A stretch of 64,000 nucleotides of DNA, from the NCBI RefSeq assembly GCF_020745735.1, contig NC_083408.1:64634484-64698483 (forward strand), read 5' to 3'. Position 1 is the first letter of the stretch. The number at the start of each line of letters is the position of its first letter. The notes beneath the pieces were generated by a model that worked only from the letters and a program-made list of their open reading frames with translations, was not told the DNA's origin and did not search any database. Below are positions 12,310-23,255 of this stretch, piece by piece. Source of the DNA: Hemiscyllium ocellatum. Its lineage: Eukaryota. The position numbers and the translations under genes were made by a program.

Positions 12310-13282
12310 CAGATCCACACCCCCCACCAAAAACAGATCCACACCCCCCACCAAAAAACAGATCCACACCACCCACCAAAAAAACCACCCCACCAACCTG
12401 CGCATACAACGTATTATCCGCCGCCATTTCCACCACCTCCAAACGGATCCCACCACCCAGGATATATTTCCCTCCCCTCCCCTATCAGCGTTCCGCAAGG
12501 ACCACTCCCTTCGTGACTCCCTTGTCAGATCCACACCCCCCACCAACCCAACCTCCACCCCCGGCACCTTCCCCTGCAACCGCAGGAAATGTAAAACTTG
12601 CGCCCACACCTCCACACTCACTTCCCTCCAAGGCCCCAAGGGATCCTTCCATATCCGCCACAAGTTCACCTGTACCTCCACACACATCATCTATTGCATC
12701 CGCTGCACCCGATGTGGCCTCCTCTATATTGGTGAGACAGGCCGCTTACTTGCGGAACGCTTCAGAGAACACCTCTGGGCCGCCCGAACCAACCAACCCA
12801 ATCACCCCGTGGCTCAACACTTTAACTCCCCCTCCCACTCCACTGAGGACATGCAGGTCCTTGGACTCCTCCACCGGCAGAACACAACTACACGACGGCT
12901 GGAGGAGGAGCGCCTCATCTTCCGCCTGGGAACCCTCCAACCACAAGGTATGAATTCAGATTTCTCCAGCTTCCTCATTTCCCCTCCCCCCACCTTGTCT
13001 CAGTCGGTTCCCTCAACTCAGCACCGCCCTCCTAACCTGCAATCCTCTTCCTGACCTCTCCGCCCCCACCCCACTCCGGCCTATCACCCTCACCTTGACC
13101 TCCTTCCACCTATCCCACCTCCATCGCCCCTCCCCCTAGTCCCTCCTCCCTACCTTTTATCTCAGCCTGCTTGGCTCTCTCTCTCTTATTCCTGATGAAG
13201 GGCTTATGCTCGAAACGTCGAATTCTCTATTCCTGAGATGCTGCCTAACCTGCTGTGCTTTGACCAGCAACACATTTGCAGA
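12310..13282 (+). mobile_element. young 5'-truncated Neptune-type PLE nested in another PLE-derived element
   Basis: Uninterrupted frame 12386-13054 with PCNRRKCKTC zinc-like motif and IIYCIRCTRCGLLYIGETGRLLAERFREH GIY-YIG; intact hammerhead; host remnants at ~12205-12302 and ~13280-13335. Confidence 0.9.
13188..13223 (+). ncRNA. minimal hammerhead ribozyme motif
   Basis: AUUC-CUGAUGA-A-GGGC-UUAU-GCUC-GAAAC-GUC-GAAU: 4-bp stem I, stem II with one G-U pair. Confidence 0.8.
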
Positions 13283-13489
13283 CTTGTCATCAGAGCATCT
13301 TGATGAGTTTCTCCAACAATTTCAATTTTTGTGTAAGAAGGACAACCAGATTTTACATTGAGGCATGGATCTACCAAGTGCTGAGATCTAATCTGAATTA
13401 GCCAAAGGGCCAATGCAAAAGAAAGCTCCTGGGAATTTATGTACCAATGTTAACAAACGTGCCAAACGTTTCAATGTCTGGCACAACAG

Positions 13490-14810
13490 TCTGCCCAGAC
13501 AGTTATACTCAAGATCACAGTGGCTCTCAATTTTTAAGTTTCTGACTCTTTCCAAGGATCAGAAATAGAGGATTGTAGCATGTCAAACTCAGCCACGTAT
13601 AGATGCTAGAGGCAGTCACAAATGCACTTTTTGTTTGGGTAAAAGTACATAAACGTCCTTATGGATTGGCATTGCAGCCATAGAGGCCCAGGTATTTGCC
13701 ATATTCACAGACTTTCTTCAAACATGGGATCAGAAGATGCTATCGACAGCATCGCATCACCATAATGTGTTGGTTGAGAATTTAGGAGGCATTATTAATA
13801 TGTTTGCAGTTGACACCAAAATTTTGTAAGCTTATCTAAGATTACATAAAGATCTTGATCGGTTGGGCCAATGGCCCGAGGGATGGCAGATGGAGTTTAA
13901 TTTGGATAAATGTGAGGTTTTACATTTTGGTAAAACAAACAAGGGCAGGGCTTATACAATTAATAGTAGGGCCCTGGATAGTGTTGTCAACAGAGAGACC
14001 CAAGGGTTCAGATACATAGTTCCTTGAAAGTTGTATCACAGATAGAGGTTGGTTAAGAAAGTGCTTAGCTCACTGACCATCATTGTTCAGTATTGGAGTT
14101 GGGATGTCATGTTGCAGTTATATAGACATTGGTGAGACCATGTTTGAAATACTGTGTATGTTTTTGCTTGTCCTGCTATAGAAAGGATTTTATGAAATTG
14201 GAGAAGTTTCAGGAAAGGATGTTGCTGAGTCTGGAGGACTTGAGTTAAAGGGAGAGGCTGGATTGGCTGGAACTTTTTTCATAAAGAGGTTGATGGGTGA
14301 CCTCAAAGAGGTTTACACAATCATGAGGGACATAGATAAGGTGAACAGCAAAGTTTTTTTTTCCCCTTGGGTAGGAGAGTTCAAAACTAAAGGGTATATT
14401 TTAAGGTGAGAGAGGAAAAATTTAAATGGGACTTGAAGGACAACTTTTTCACACAAAGGGTAGTTCTTGTATGGAATGAACTGCCAGAGGAAGTAGTAGA
14501 TGGAGGTACAGTTACAACATTTAAAAGGCATTTGGACAGTTACATGAATACAAAGGTTTTAGGGAAATATGGGCTAAATGCAAGCAAGTGGGACTAATTT
14601 AGTTTGGGGACACTTAGTCAGCATGGACAAGTTGGACTGAAGGGTCTGTTTCTATGTTGTATGATTTTATGACTGTATAGCAACACCAAGTCATCAACTC
14701 GACATCTTCATAGACAGGAAAGATTTTCAATCCACGAATTTGGAGGTGGTGTGTTATTACACCAAGGGTGTTAGTACATGAATGTCCAAGATAGCCAGGA
14801 AGCTGTCACA
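13490..14810 (+). pseudogene. Harbinger transposase remnant split by a CR1 insertion
   Basis: LKITVALNF*VSDSFQGS...AIDS (13500-13760) and DIFIDRKDFQSTNLEVVC (14700-14755), matching VTAALNFFATGSFQ and FINRKGFHSLNVQLVCD. Confidence 0.6.
13775..14678 (+). mobile_element. CR1/HER1 LINE 3' fragment
   Basis: FAVDTKI, WQMEFNLDKCEVLHFG and FFTQRVVLVWNELPEEVV motifs; aagggtctgtttc tail. Confidence 0.9.
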
Positions 14811-14851
14811 GTTTTTTTATTCTCTGAAATTTGGAACTGTATCAGCGTTAC

Positions 14852-15017
14852 CAGACATCAACTTTGTTTGGATTAAAATCCACCAAATACAAATCTCCTT
14901 CCGAGTTTGCTGTGGTCATATGAGCTAGACCATGTGGCAGACTTCCTGTCGACAGACATTTTATGTTGTATGCTCGAAACATGGTGTCAGAAGGTGCACC
15001 GAGGTGAGTGTCCTGAG
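14852..15017 (-). CDS. candidate internal exon (xQDTHLGAPSDTMFRAYNIKCLSTGSLPHGLAHMTTANSEGDLYLVDFNPNKVDVW), NHL-repeat-like
   Basis: Acceptor gtgctttttatttcag|, donor TG|gtaacg, 166 nt, only one frame open, CpGs retained; PHGLA...SEGDLYLVD...NKVDVW resembles an NHL blade. Confidence 0.45.
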
Positions 15018-15454
15018 CTGAAATAAAAAGCACAGTTGCAGAGCAATGGGATACCATTGGAAAAGGTAAAGAAAATCACAGTGAAAACTTAAGAGAAAAT
15101 AGTTTTAGCTTTTCCCCTTCTAGCTCCTGTTCAAGTGACTGGAGATGTGAGGCAAAGCTGGGAATTGTTTTTATTCACTTGTGGGACACGCTATCACTAG
15201 CTAGGTAAGGACTCTCCTTCTCAACCTCTTCCCTCACCTGAAGTCTGGAGTCCCTCAGGTTAAATCATCACCAGTCACACTCTATCTAATGAAAGAGAGC
15301 AGACCCTATGGTCTGACGACACGACAACAACAGCTTTTATTGCTTGTCCTGAGTTCCCCCGAGAAAGTGGTGGTGAGCTGACTTCTTGAACCATTACGGT
15401 CCAATCTTGCATGATCAGCGGTAAAATTATGCAATAGCGATGAATTGTAGAGTA

Positions 15455-15950
15455 AGAAACATGTTTTGAAATTTGAAAGAGTTCAGAAAAGATTTACAAA
15501 GACTGCCAACGTTGGAGGTTTAAGCTACAGTGCGAGGCTGAATAGGCTGGAGCTGTTTTCCCTGGAGTGTCAGCGGCTGAGGGATGACCTTACAGAGGTT
15601 TATAAAATCATGAGGGGCATGGAGGTCTTTTCCCAGAGTAGGGGATTCCAAAACTAGACAGCATACGTTTAAGGTGAGAGGGGAAAGATTTTAAAGGGAC
15701 CTAAGTGACAACGTTTTCATGCAGAGGGTGGTGCGTGTGTGGAATGAACTTCCAGAGGAAGTGGTGGAGTTTGGTACAATTGCAACATTTAAAAGGCATC
15801 TGAATGGATATATGAATAGTAAGGGTTTAGCAAGATAAGGGCCACATGCTGGCAAATGAGACGAGATTAGTTTAAGATATCCAGTCAGCATGGACGAGAT
15901 GGAGCAAAGGGTTTGTTTCTGTGCTGTACATCTGTATGACTCTATGAATC
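15455..15950 (+). mobile_element. CR1/HER1 LINE 3' fragment
   Basis: ERVQKRFTK...RLRDDLTEVYKIMRG motif and tail. Confidence 0.9.
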
Positions 15951-17078
15951 TATTAGAATAATATGTGTTTAATTTTAGAGGCTAATGTGACCATTGATTA
16001 ATTTGAAGCACCAGGTTTGCAGAAACCTGTGACTTTACACAACTGGAAGATGAGCTAATTAAAGATAGAAGAGAGTCCAAGGACAGCACAACTGCTAAAA
16101 CATGAGAATCTTACTCTTGAAGGAATTATAAATGTGTGGAAGCTCTGAGCTTGTGAATCAACAGCTACAACAATTAATTGGGACATCAGGTGAGGTTGTC
16201 CAGATTGTGAAGAAATAGCCCAGGGCTGTGTAAGATGTCAATAAACAGCCTACAAATGCAATTATGAGAGAGGAAAACAACAAATCCATAGAAGAGTCAT
16301 CAGAAAAAGATCAAGTTTGAATGACAAGTGCAATATTGTAGAGGTCATCATTTAAAACAAAAGAAAGCATACCTACCATGGAAAAGACAGATTTTTAACT
16401 GAAAGAAGCTAAACCACATTTCACTCATGTTAACAAGTAGGCAGACAAAGATGTCAGACAACAATTTCATCAAATCAAGCCTAGCTACTCAAAAACATCA
16501 GGTGAAGATTTGAATTATTCAATCTACATCTTAGAGTAGGTTGACAACAGTAAATGTAACAAAAAAAAAGGTTTGTAACTGCTGCGATGAAAACAGCAGT
16601 ATGACAGCATCAAGTAAATAAGTAGTGCACAACATTGGGTTGCACAGATTTACATAAAGGTACACCAAATGGCAATCCCGAAGTCAAACCCTCAAAGGAA
16701 CAGTTGAGGCTCTGTGATGGTATGCAGCTCACCAAAATAGGAGAGGCGAATGCTGTGGCATGGCTGTAGATCTGGAATTCCAGATATTAGGATATGAGGC
16801 AAGTTGAAAGCTCGCATTAATAACCGTATATGCTCCAGAAGAGATTTACATTGTTTTGCAGATTATACCAACTGATGAACAGACAAACAGCACAAGACAG
16901 AGAGGACTGAACTGTAGGAACACTAAAGAATCTAGATGCTGAAATTACAGAATGAAAAGATCGCTGTGTTGGGACATTTCAGAATAAATCAACATTCCTT
17001 TAAAAGGCTGCTGTGCATTCAAACAAGCAGTGTCTGCCTGGAATTGCCCTGCATGTATATTGACACATCTGTCCCAAC

Positions 17079-17380
17079 ATGGCAAAGGAGGGGAAAATGG
17101 TTCCCCACTTTGTAGACAGACACTTGGCCTTGGTAGATGAGGTAGTGAAAAGAAAGATAGACAGAGTTAAAAATCACACAGCACCAGGTTATAGTCCAAC
17201 TGGTTTATTTGGAAGCACTAGCTTTTGGAGCGCTGCTCCTTCATCAGGTTATTATTGGACCAACAGAGTCCCGTCCAGCCTGGCCTGAGGTTCCCACTGA
17301 AGTTATTGTGGTCTCAGCCATCTGAAGGAATGCCCAGCAGTGAAGGAAGAAGGTCAATAACCTTCTCCGCAAGGTCATGG
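17079..17380 (+). pseudogene. Harbinger Myb/SANT-like DNA-binding ORF remnant (Myb_DNA-bind_5 type)
   Basis: MAKEGKMVPHFVDRHLALVDEVVKRK then PAWPEVPTEVIVVSAI*RNAQQ*RKKVNNL, matching PRFxDxxLxxLxxEVxxR...AWxEVA...RxxxQCRKKxNDL. Confidence 0.65.
17163..17250 (-). mobile_element. terminal fragment of a third PLE family with decayed hammerhead
   Basis: Minus strand CUGAUGA-A-GGAGC-AGC-GCUCC-(G>A)AAAGCUA; sits inside the Myb remnant. Confidence 0.6.
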
Positions 17381-18649
17381 TAAATCCCACCATCTTCTCA
17401 CTGCTCCCTCACATCCACAACTTGACAGTATCAGCACTGTAGCAAACAGCCCACAGGATATAAAAACCATTGGCTAGTATAACACAGTGGAGCGTGAGAT
17501 GAAAAATTTAAATTCAGATTTAAAAAGGCAACATTCTTCAAAAATACCCAATTTAAAAAATATTGTAGCAAAATAAAGGAGGTGCATTATCAATTGTGTC
17601 CAATTGCAGAAACTGCAAAATTTGCACAAGCAATGTTTTATTCTGCTCCAAAATATTTGTGCAATAAAATTGGTATGGAAAGAATAAAACCAGTATAACT
17701 ACTTCAATGAATTGATACATTTTTCCATCTATGGTACAACGAACAAAAGTCTCCAAATACTGCTGTGCTCATTTTGGCCATTGGATTGGAATTTTAATTA
17801 CAAAGAGACAAATTCAAGCTAAGAAAGTGATCTTCATAAGGAATGGATAAGTGACCATTTCTGGCGCTGTATTTTGCTTGAGGTTTGTAATATTTTTATC
17901 AAAGTGTAATTCTGAAATTTGTTTTGTTTAGAGGAGCTAGCCTACAAAATCATTTTTCACAAATTACATCTGAGACTGATTGAATATTTTATCAGTGATT
18001 ACCCATGCAGACTACATTGCCTGTTGATTAGCCTGGCGCACATTCTTTCAAAGACTACCACTGAATTATATATAATGATTGAAGTGGTTCTGAAGAAGCA
18101 TCCGGCATCACAATCAGTCTGCCATTCACAGTTTTTATTTGAGCTGTACAGTCTAATATCAAAGCCAGAGTGAAGAGCCTTCACCAGCACTAATCCTTTC
18201 TATAGACTCCTTTCTATAGTACAAATACCTCCAGCAGGTGAACAGAGAACACCTCGGAGGCAGCTTGAAATCTCTGACTATTTACTGACTATTGTGATTG
18301 TGTTCCTTCAAAAAAACTCAGGTCAAGTGATTCTCACTGGGAAACGTTATTTGGTAGCAGTGATTGAACTATTAACAAAATGAAAATGCAGTCCATCGCT
18401 TGGAAAATTATATGTTAGAATCCAAAGCCCAAGGAGGGAAAAATAAACGAAATGAAGAGTAGCTGTGAAATATTCAACATTAATCTGCTACACAATTGAA
18501 CTTACAATGACCTCGTATTTCTAATAAATGCCATTTCATCTGGATATTGTTATGAATTAACTACCTGAAAGGGCAAATACTAGAAAATTGTCTTTAAAGT
18601 ATGAACAAAATAAGTTACCCAGTGAACATGGGCTCCAGGCAGCTGCTAA

Positions 18650-18768
18650 GGGGTAAAAACAATGACTGCAGATGCTGGAAACCAGAGTCTAGATTAGTGT
18701 GGTGCTGGAAAAACACAGCAGTTCAGGCAGCGTCCTCGGATGCTGCCAGAACTGCTGTGTTTTTTTTC
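18650..18768. mobile_element. short fold-back PLE insertion
   Basis: Inverted repeat centred near 18736; TSD cagctgctaa at 18640-18649 and 18769-18778; same terminus (ggtaaaaacaatgactgca) as the 2949 element. Confidence 0.8.
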
Positions 18769-19099
18769 CAGCTGCTAACAGGACATGGAGGAAGGAAGAG
18801 TATGCTGAAAAGGTCAAAATCAACAATAAAAATGTGCTATTGCATGGAGTGCTCATTTAATGTTGCACTTTGCTATGTCATCCTGCGTCAGAGTAACCTT
18901 GCTGGGTGGAACAGCCTTTGATTAGAATTGTCACCTAAACTGCGACAGTTGATTTAATAAAACTCACTGGAAAATATTGACAAAGCAATTAATAATTGCA
19001 ACTGCTGATTGACAAACGTGGACAGAGATTGTAATTATGTAATCAGGACGTTAAAGCCACTGAGGCTGCCCTCTGGAGATCTGGCTATCATAATGTTCC

Positions 19100-19780
19100 A
19101 ACACAGAAGGCATTCACCCTACTGAGTCCATGCTGTTTCTTTGGAGGGGGAATCCAATCTCTCTCATTCTCCCACTCTATCCTCACAGTACTGACGGCTT
19201 ACTTTTCTCAGATGCCTATCCAATATCTTTTCAGACCATTGACAATCTCAGTTTCCACCTCCCTTGTAAGCTTCATGTTTCAGATTGCTACAACTTGATT
19301 GATAATAAAAGTTCTTTCTCACAGCCTGCACAAATCTCTTCCTAAAACTTTTCATTCATATCCCTGAGTCCTTGTGGCATCAACTAATGGGAACAGCTTT
19401 CCTTTGCCTACTTATTCAAATTTGTCATAATCTCTTGCACATCTGTCAAATTTCCCCTCAAACTATTCTGTTTAAAGGACAAAAAGCCCACCTTTTCCAA
19501 TCTAAGCTTTTAGTTAAATTTGCTTATATGCCTGGTCAATACTGGCAAATCTCCTTTGAATTCTTTCATCGATCTTCACATACTTCTTAAAGTGTGATGA
19601 CCAAACTGGATATAATACTTTAGTTGTGCCCGAACCAAAATTTTAGAAAGGTTTCAGATAAATTTTCTGTTTTTATACTCAATATCTTTTTCTGAAAATC
19701 AAGATGTCAACTTCTCCTATCAGGTCCTTCCACCTTCAAAAACCTATGCACTTGAATCCCCAGCTCCCTCTGCCCTTACA
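19100..19780 (-). mobile_element. old CR1 LINE 3' fragment
   Basis: Decayed similarity to the other minus-strand CR1 tails in the window. Confidence 0.55.
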
Positions 19781-19839
19781 TTGCTCCCTACCCAGATCTG
19801 TGAAGCCTTAAATTAGAGATTCAATATTCTGAAAGAAAG

Positions 19840-20148
19840 AATTAGATTACTTCCAGTGTGGAAACAGGCCCTTCGGCCCAACAAGTCCACACCGACCCGC
19901 CGAAGCGCAACCCACCCGTACCCCTACATTTACCCCTTACCTAACACTACGGGCAATTTAGCATGGCCAATTCACCTGAGCCGCACATCTTTGGACTGTG
20001 GGAGGAAACCGGAGCACCCGGAGGAAACCCACGCAGACACGGGGAGAACGTGCAAACTCCACACAGTCAGTCGCCTGAGGTGGGAATTGAACCCGGGTCT
20101 CAGGCGCTGTGAGGCAGCAGTACTAACCACTGTGCCACCGTGCCGCCC
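19840..20148 (-). mobile_element. HE1 SINE (young copy)
   Basis: Near-identical to 11438-11748. Confidence 0.9.
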
Positions 20149-20959
20149 ACAAGTAACTCATTATGTAAGTGTTTTCAGGTTTTTCTGGCTCACAGCTTGC
20201 TGAGTGTTTCTCTTTTAGTAAGTTTGAAATTCTTTTTTTCTCTCTTGCAGTCCCCCCCTCCTCCGCTCTTAAAGCTTCCCTTTCCTAACTTCCTTCCGTC
20301 TATGCCACCCTCTTGCAGATTTCTTCTTCAAACTCTCTTGCAGTCTCCTCCTTCCCCTTTAGCAGTCTACTGCTCTCCTCACCCACATCTTGCAGCCTCC
20401 TCCTACCTCCAACTCGTTACAACCTCCTACCCCCTCCACTCCTCATTACCCTGACAGAAACTCCTCCCCTTAAACCTAGCAGAGTGACCCCAGCAAAAGC
20501 CCCAACCCTGGCACAAATCTACAGACAGCAGCAAGGTCAGTCCTTGGCCCCTAGTCCATAGCAATAGAAAGCTCCCGCACTACAACCATTTACTTTCTAA
20601 ACTGCTCGTTGCTCCTTCAGCCTTTCTCATTTTTGCTACCGAGAGGCTTTTTGGTGGATCAATTAGCAACAAATGCAACAGACAACCTGTCTGTGATTGG
20701 AGGAGAAACTAATCATTGATTCTGTCAGTTCTATGTATGGATTTGACTTTTCTCCCATTGTTTGCACCCATCATCGAATTCTCCAGGGAATTTTGGACTT
20801 TTTGGGGGTGAACCTGCCTACTACCAGCATGAATTTTGAGCCCTGATGTGCAGCTTGAATGGATCTTGCAAATTGTGGTGTCACTACGTACCTTCTAACC
20901 TTGTCTTTCTAGTTGCAGGCTTGAAAACTGCTAAAAAATAAGAAAGCTTAATGATTTGA

Positions 20960-23255
20960 TCTTATGCTTGTGTAAATGGTGCATACTGCTGCAACCATGT
21001 TTTGTGAGATAGAGTGTAATCTTTAAGGTGGTGTGTTGGATGACAATCAAAATGGGCAGCTTTATCCTGAAGACCTTCAACTTTCTTGAGTGTTATTGGA
21101 GCCACATACATCCATATCAAGTAGAGAATATTTCATTACACTCTTGACTTGTGCCTTGCAGATGGTGTTCAGGCTCTGGTTGGTGGTGGTGGAGAGTCAG
21201 TATATGAGTTATTCAAGGCAAAATTACCAGCCTCTGACCTAGCCTTGCTCCTATAGTATTTATATGGTTGTAGAGTTCAGTTTTGTGTCAATGATAAGTC
21301 TAAGAATATTGATTGTGAGATAGTAATAACAATGCTATTAGATGTTAAGTTAAGTTCCCTCTAGTTTGCAATGACTACTTTTTGGTACTTATATGTCATT
21401 TATGTTACTTAATATTTATCAGCCAAAACCTGAATATTGTCCAATTCTTGATGAATTTGGTCAAAATTGTTTCAATAACTGAAGTTCTGAGGCAAATTGT
21501 ATTGAATATCATGCAATCATTAGTGAATATCGTTGCTTCTGACCTTAGGATGGAGGGAAGGCCATTGATTTAACAGCTGAAGATAATTCGGCCAAGGAGA
21601 CTACGCAGAGGAATTCTACAGAGATGATTCATCTCTTACAACAACTGTCTTTCTTTGTGCTAAGCATGAGTCCAACCAACAGAGCATTTTCTCTCAATTC
21701 CCATTGACTTTAGTTTTACCATGGCTCTTTGATTGCTTAACTGGTCAAATGCTGTCTTAATGTTAAAGACAATCAGCTTTTGTCTTGAGGTTAGTTCTTT
21801 TGTCCATGTTTGGACTAAGGCTATAATGAGATCTGGAGCTGTATGGGCTTGATGGATGCCAAACTGAGTGTCAATTATAGGTTATTGATCAGTTAGTGCT
21901 GCTTCATTGTATTGTCAACAAGCCTTTCATCACTCTGCTTGTGAACAAAAGTATGACTGATGGGGCAGTAATGGGTTCATTTGGATTTGTCCTGCTTTTT
22001 ATAACCTGGGCATTCTCCACATTTCCAGATAGATCCCAATGGTGTAGCTGTAATGGGACAGTTTAGCTTGGGATATGGCTATTTTTGTAGCAGAAGTCTT
22101 CAGTACTGTTGCTGGAATGGTATCATGACCCATACCATATACTTTAGTCTTTTCTTGAAATCACATGCAAATAATCAAATTGGCTGAAGGCTAGTGATCT
22201 GTGATGCTGGGGTCTTCAGAATGAGGCAGAGATGGACCATCCAATATTATCCCTACTTTCTCCCCTATATGCTAAAGATTGTCGCAAATGCTTCAGCCTT
22301 GACTTTAGCACTTATGCGCTGGATCCTTCCAGCATTGACAGTCGGGTTTTTTTGTGAAGCCTCTTCCTCCAGTGAGTTGTTAAGTCATTCACCACTATCC
22401 ATTACACAGGGAAGGACTGCAGAGTTTAGATCTGAACAATAATACCTAGCTCTATTGCATGCTGATCAAAAAAACATTCAAGCAGTTAGGATCGGCACAA
22501 AGGCTCAGTGGTTAGCACTGCTGCCTCAACACCAGGGACCTGGGTTCAATTCCCATCTCAGGTAACTGTCTGTGTGGAATTTACACATTCTGCATGGGCT
22601 TGCTTTGGTTTCCTCCCACAATCCAAAGATGTGCAGGGCAGGCGCATGCTAAATTGCTAAAGTGTTAGGTGCATTAGTTAGAGGGATGGGTTACTCTTCA
22701 GAGGGTCGGTGTGGACTTGTTGGGCCAAATGCCCTGTTTCCATACTGTAGGGAATCTAATCTAGTACTGTCTTGCAACCTCACTTGGTTGACACCCCTTT
22801 TTCCTGGCATGTCCTCCTGCAGTCTTCATTAAACTAGAATTGATTCACTAACTTGATGATAATGTCAGAATGGGGGATATGCTGAGGAATACGTTTACAG
22901 GTTGTAGTTGAATACAGGTCTGCTGCTAGTGATGGCCCACAACAGCTCATGGATGCCCAATCTTGGTTGCTCGATCTGGCCAAAATCTATTCCACTTAGC
23001 ACAATGGCACACAACACGATAGAAACTTCCTTAGTGTGAAGATGATATTTCATCTCCACAAGGATTCTGCAGTGGTCAATCTTATCACTTTTGGCATGGA
23101 CAGATACATCTGCAACAGGTAGATTGGTAAGGATGAGACCAAGTTTTTTTTTCCCCGTTTGTTGGGTCTCTCATGACGTGACGTATAATCAGTGCAGCAG
23201 TTTTGTCCTTTCAGATTCAGCCAGCTCAGTCTATAATAGTGCTACCGAGCCATTG
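20960..23255 (-). mobile_element. decayed CR1/L2-clade LINE ORF2 fragment
   Basis: Colinear with 32985-33480 and 40745-42010 (ttcttgagtg..ttggagc, tgacttgtgccttgcagatggt, acctgggca.tt.tccacatt); YxPISL-type RT motif. Confidence 0.7.
22493..22763 (+). mobile_element. HE1 SINE inserted in the LINE
   Basis: ggctcagtggttagcactgctgcctca head and aatctaatct tail. Confidence 0.85.

Noticed and set aside
12310-12384. Short direct repeats superficially like a CRISPR array
   Set aside because: No spacers, eukaryotic context, and the unit derives from the PLE itself
14956-15003. Plus-strand 48-nt exon with strong donor GAG|gtgagt (HFMLYARNMVSEGAP, FN3-like ending)
   Set aside because: It is the antisense of a longer single-frame minus-strand candidate and no other FN3-like exons were found; retained only as an alternative
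17919-18190. Overlapping 84-aa (+) and 63-aa (-) ORFs in unique DNA
   Set aside because: No motif; the minus-strand phases do not fit the candidate chain
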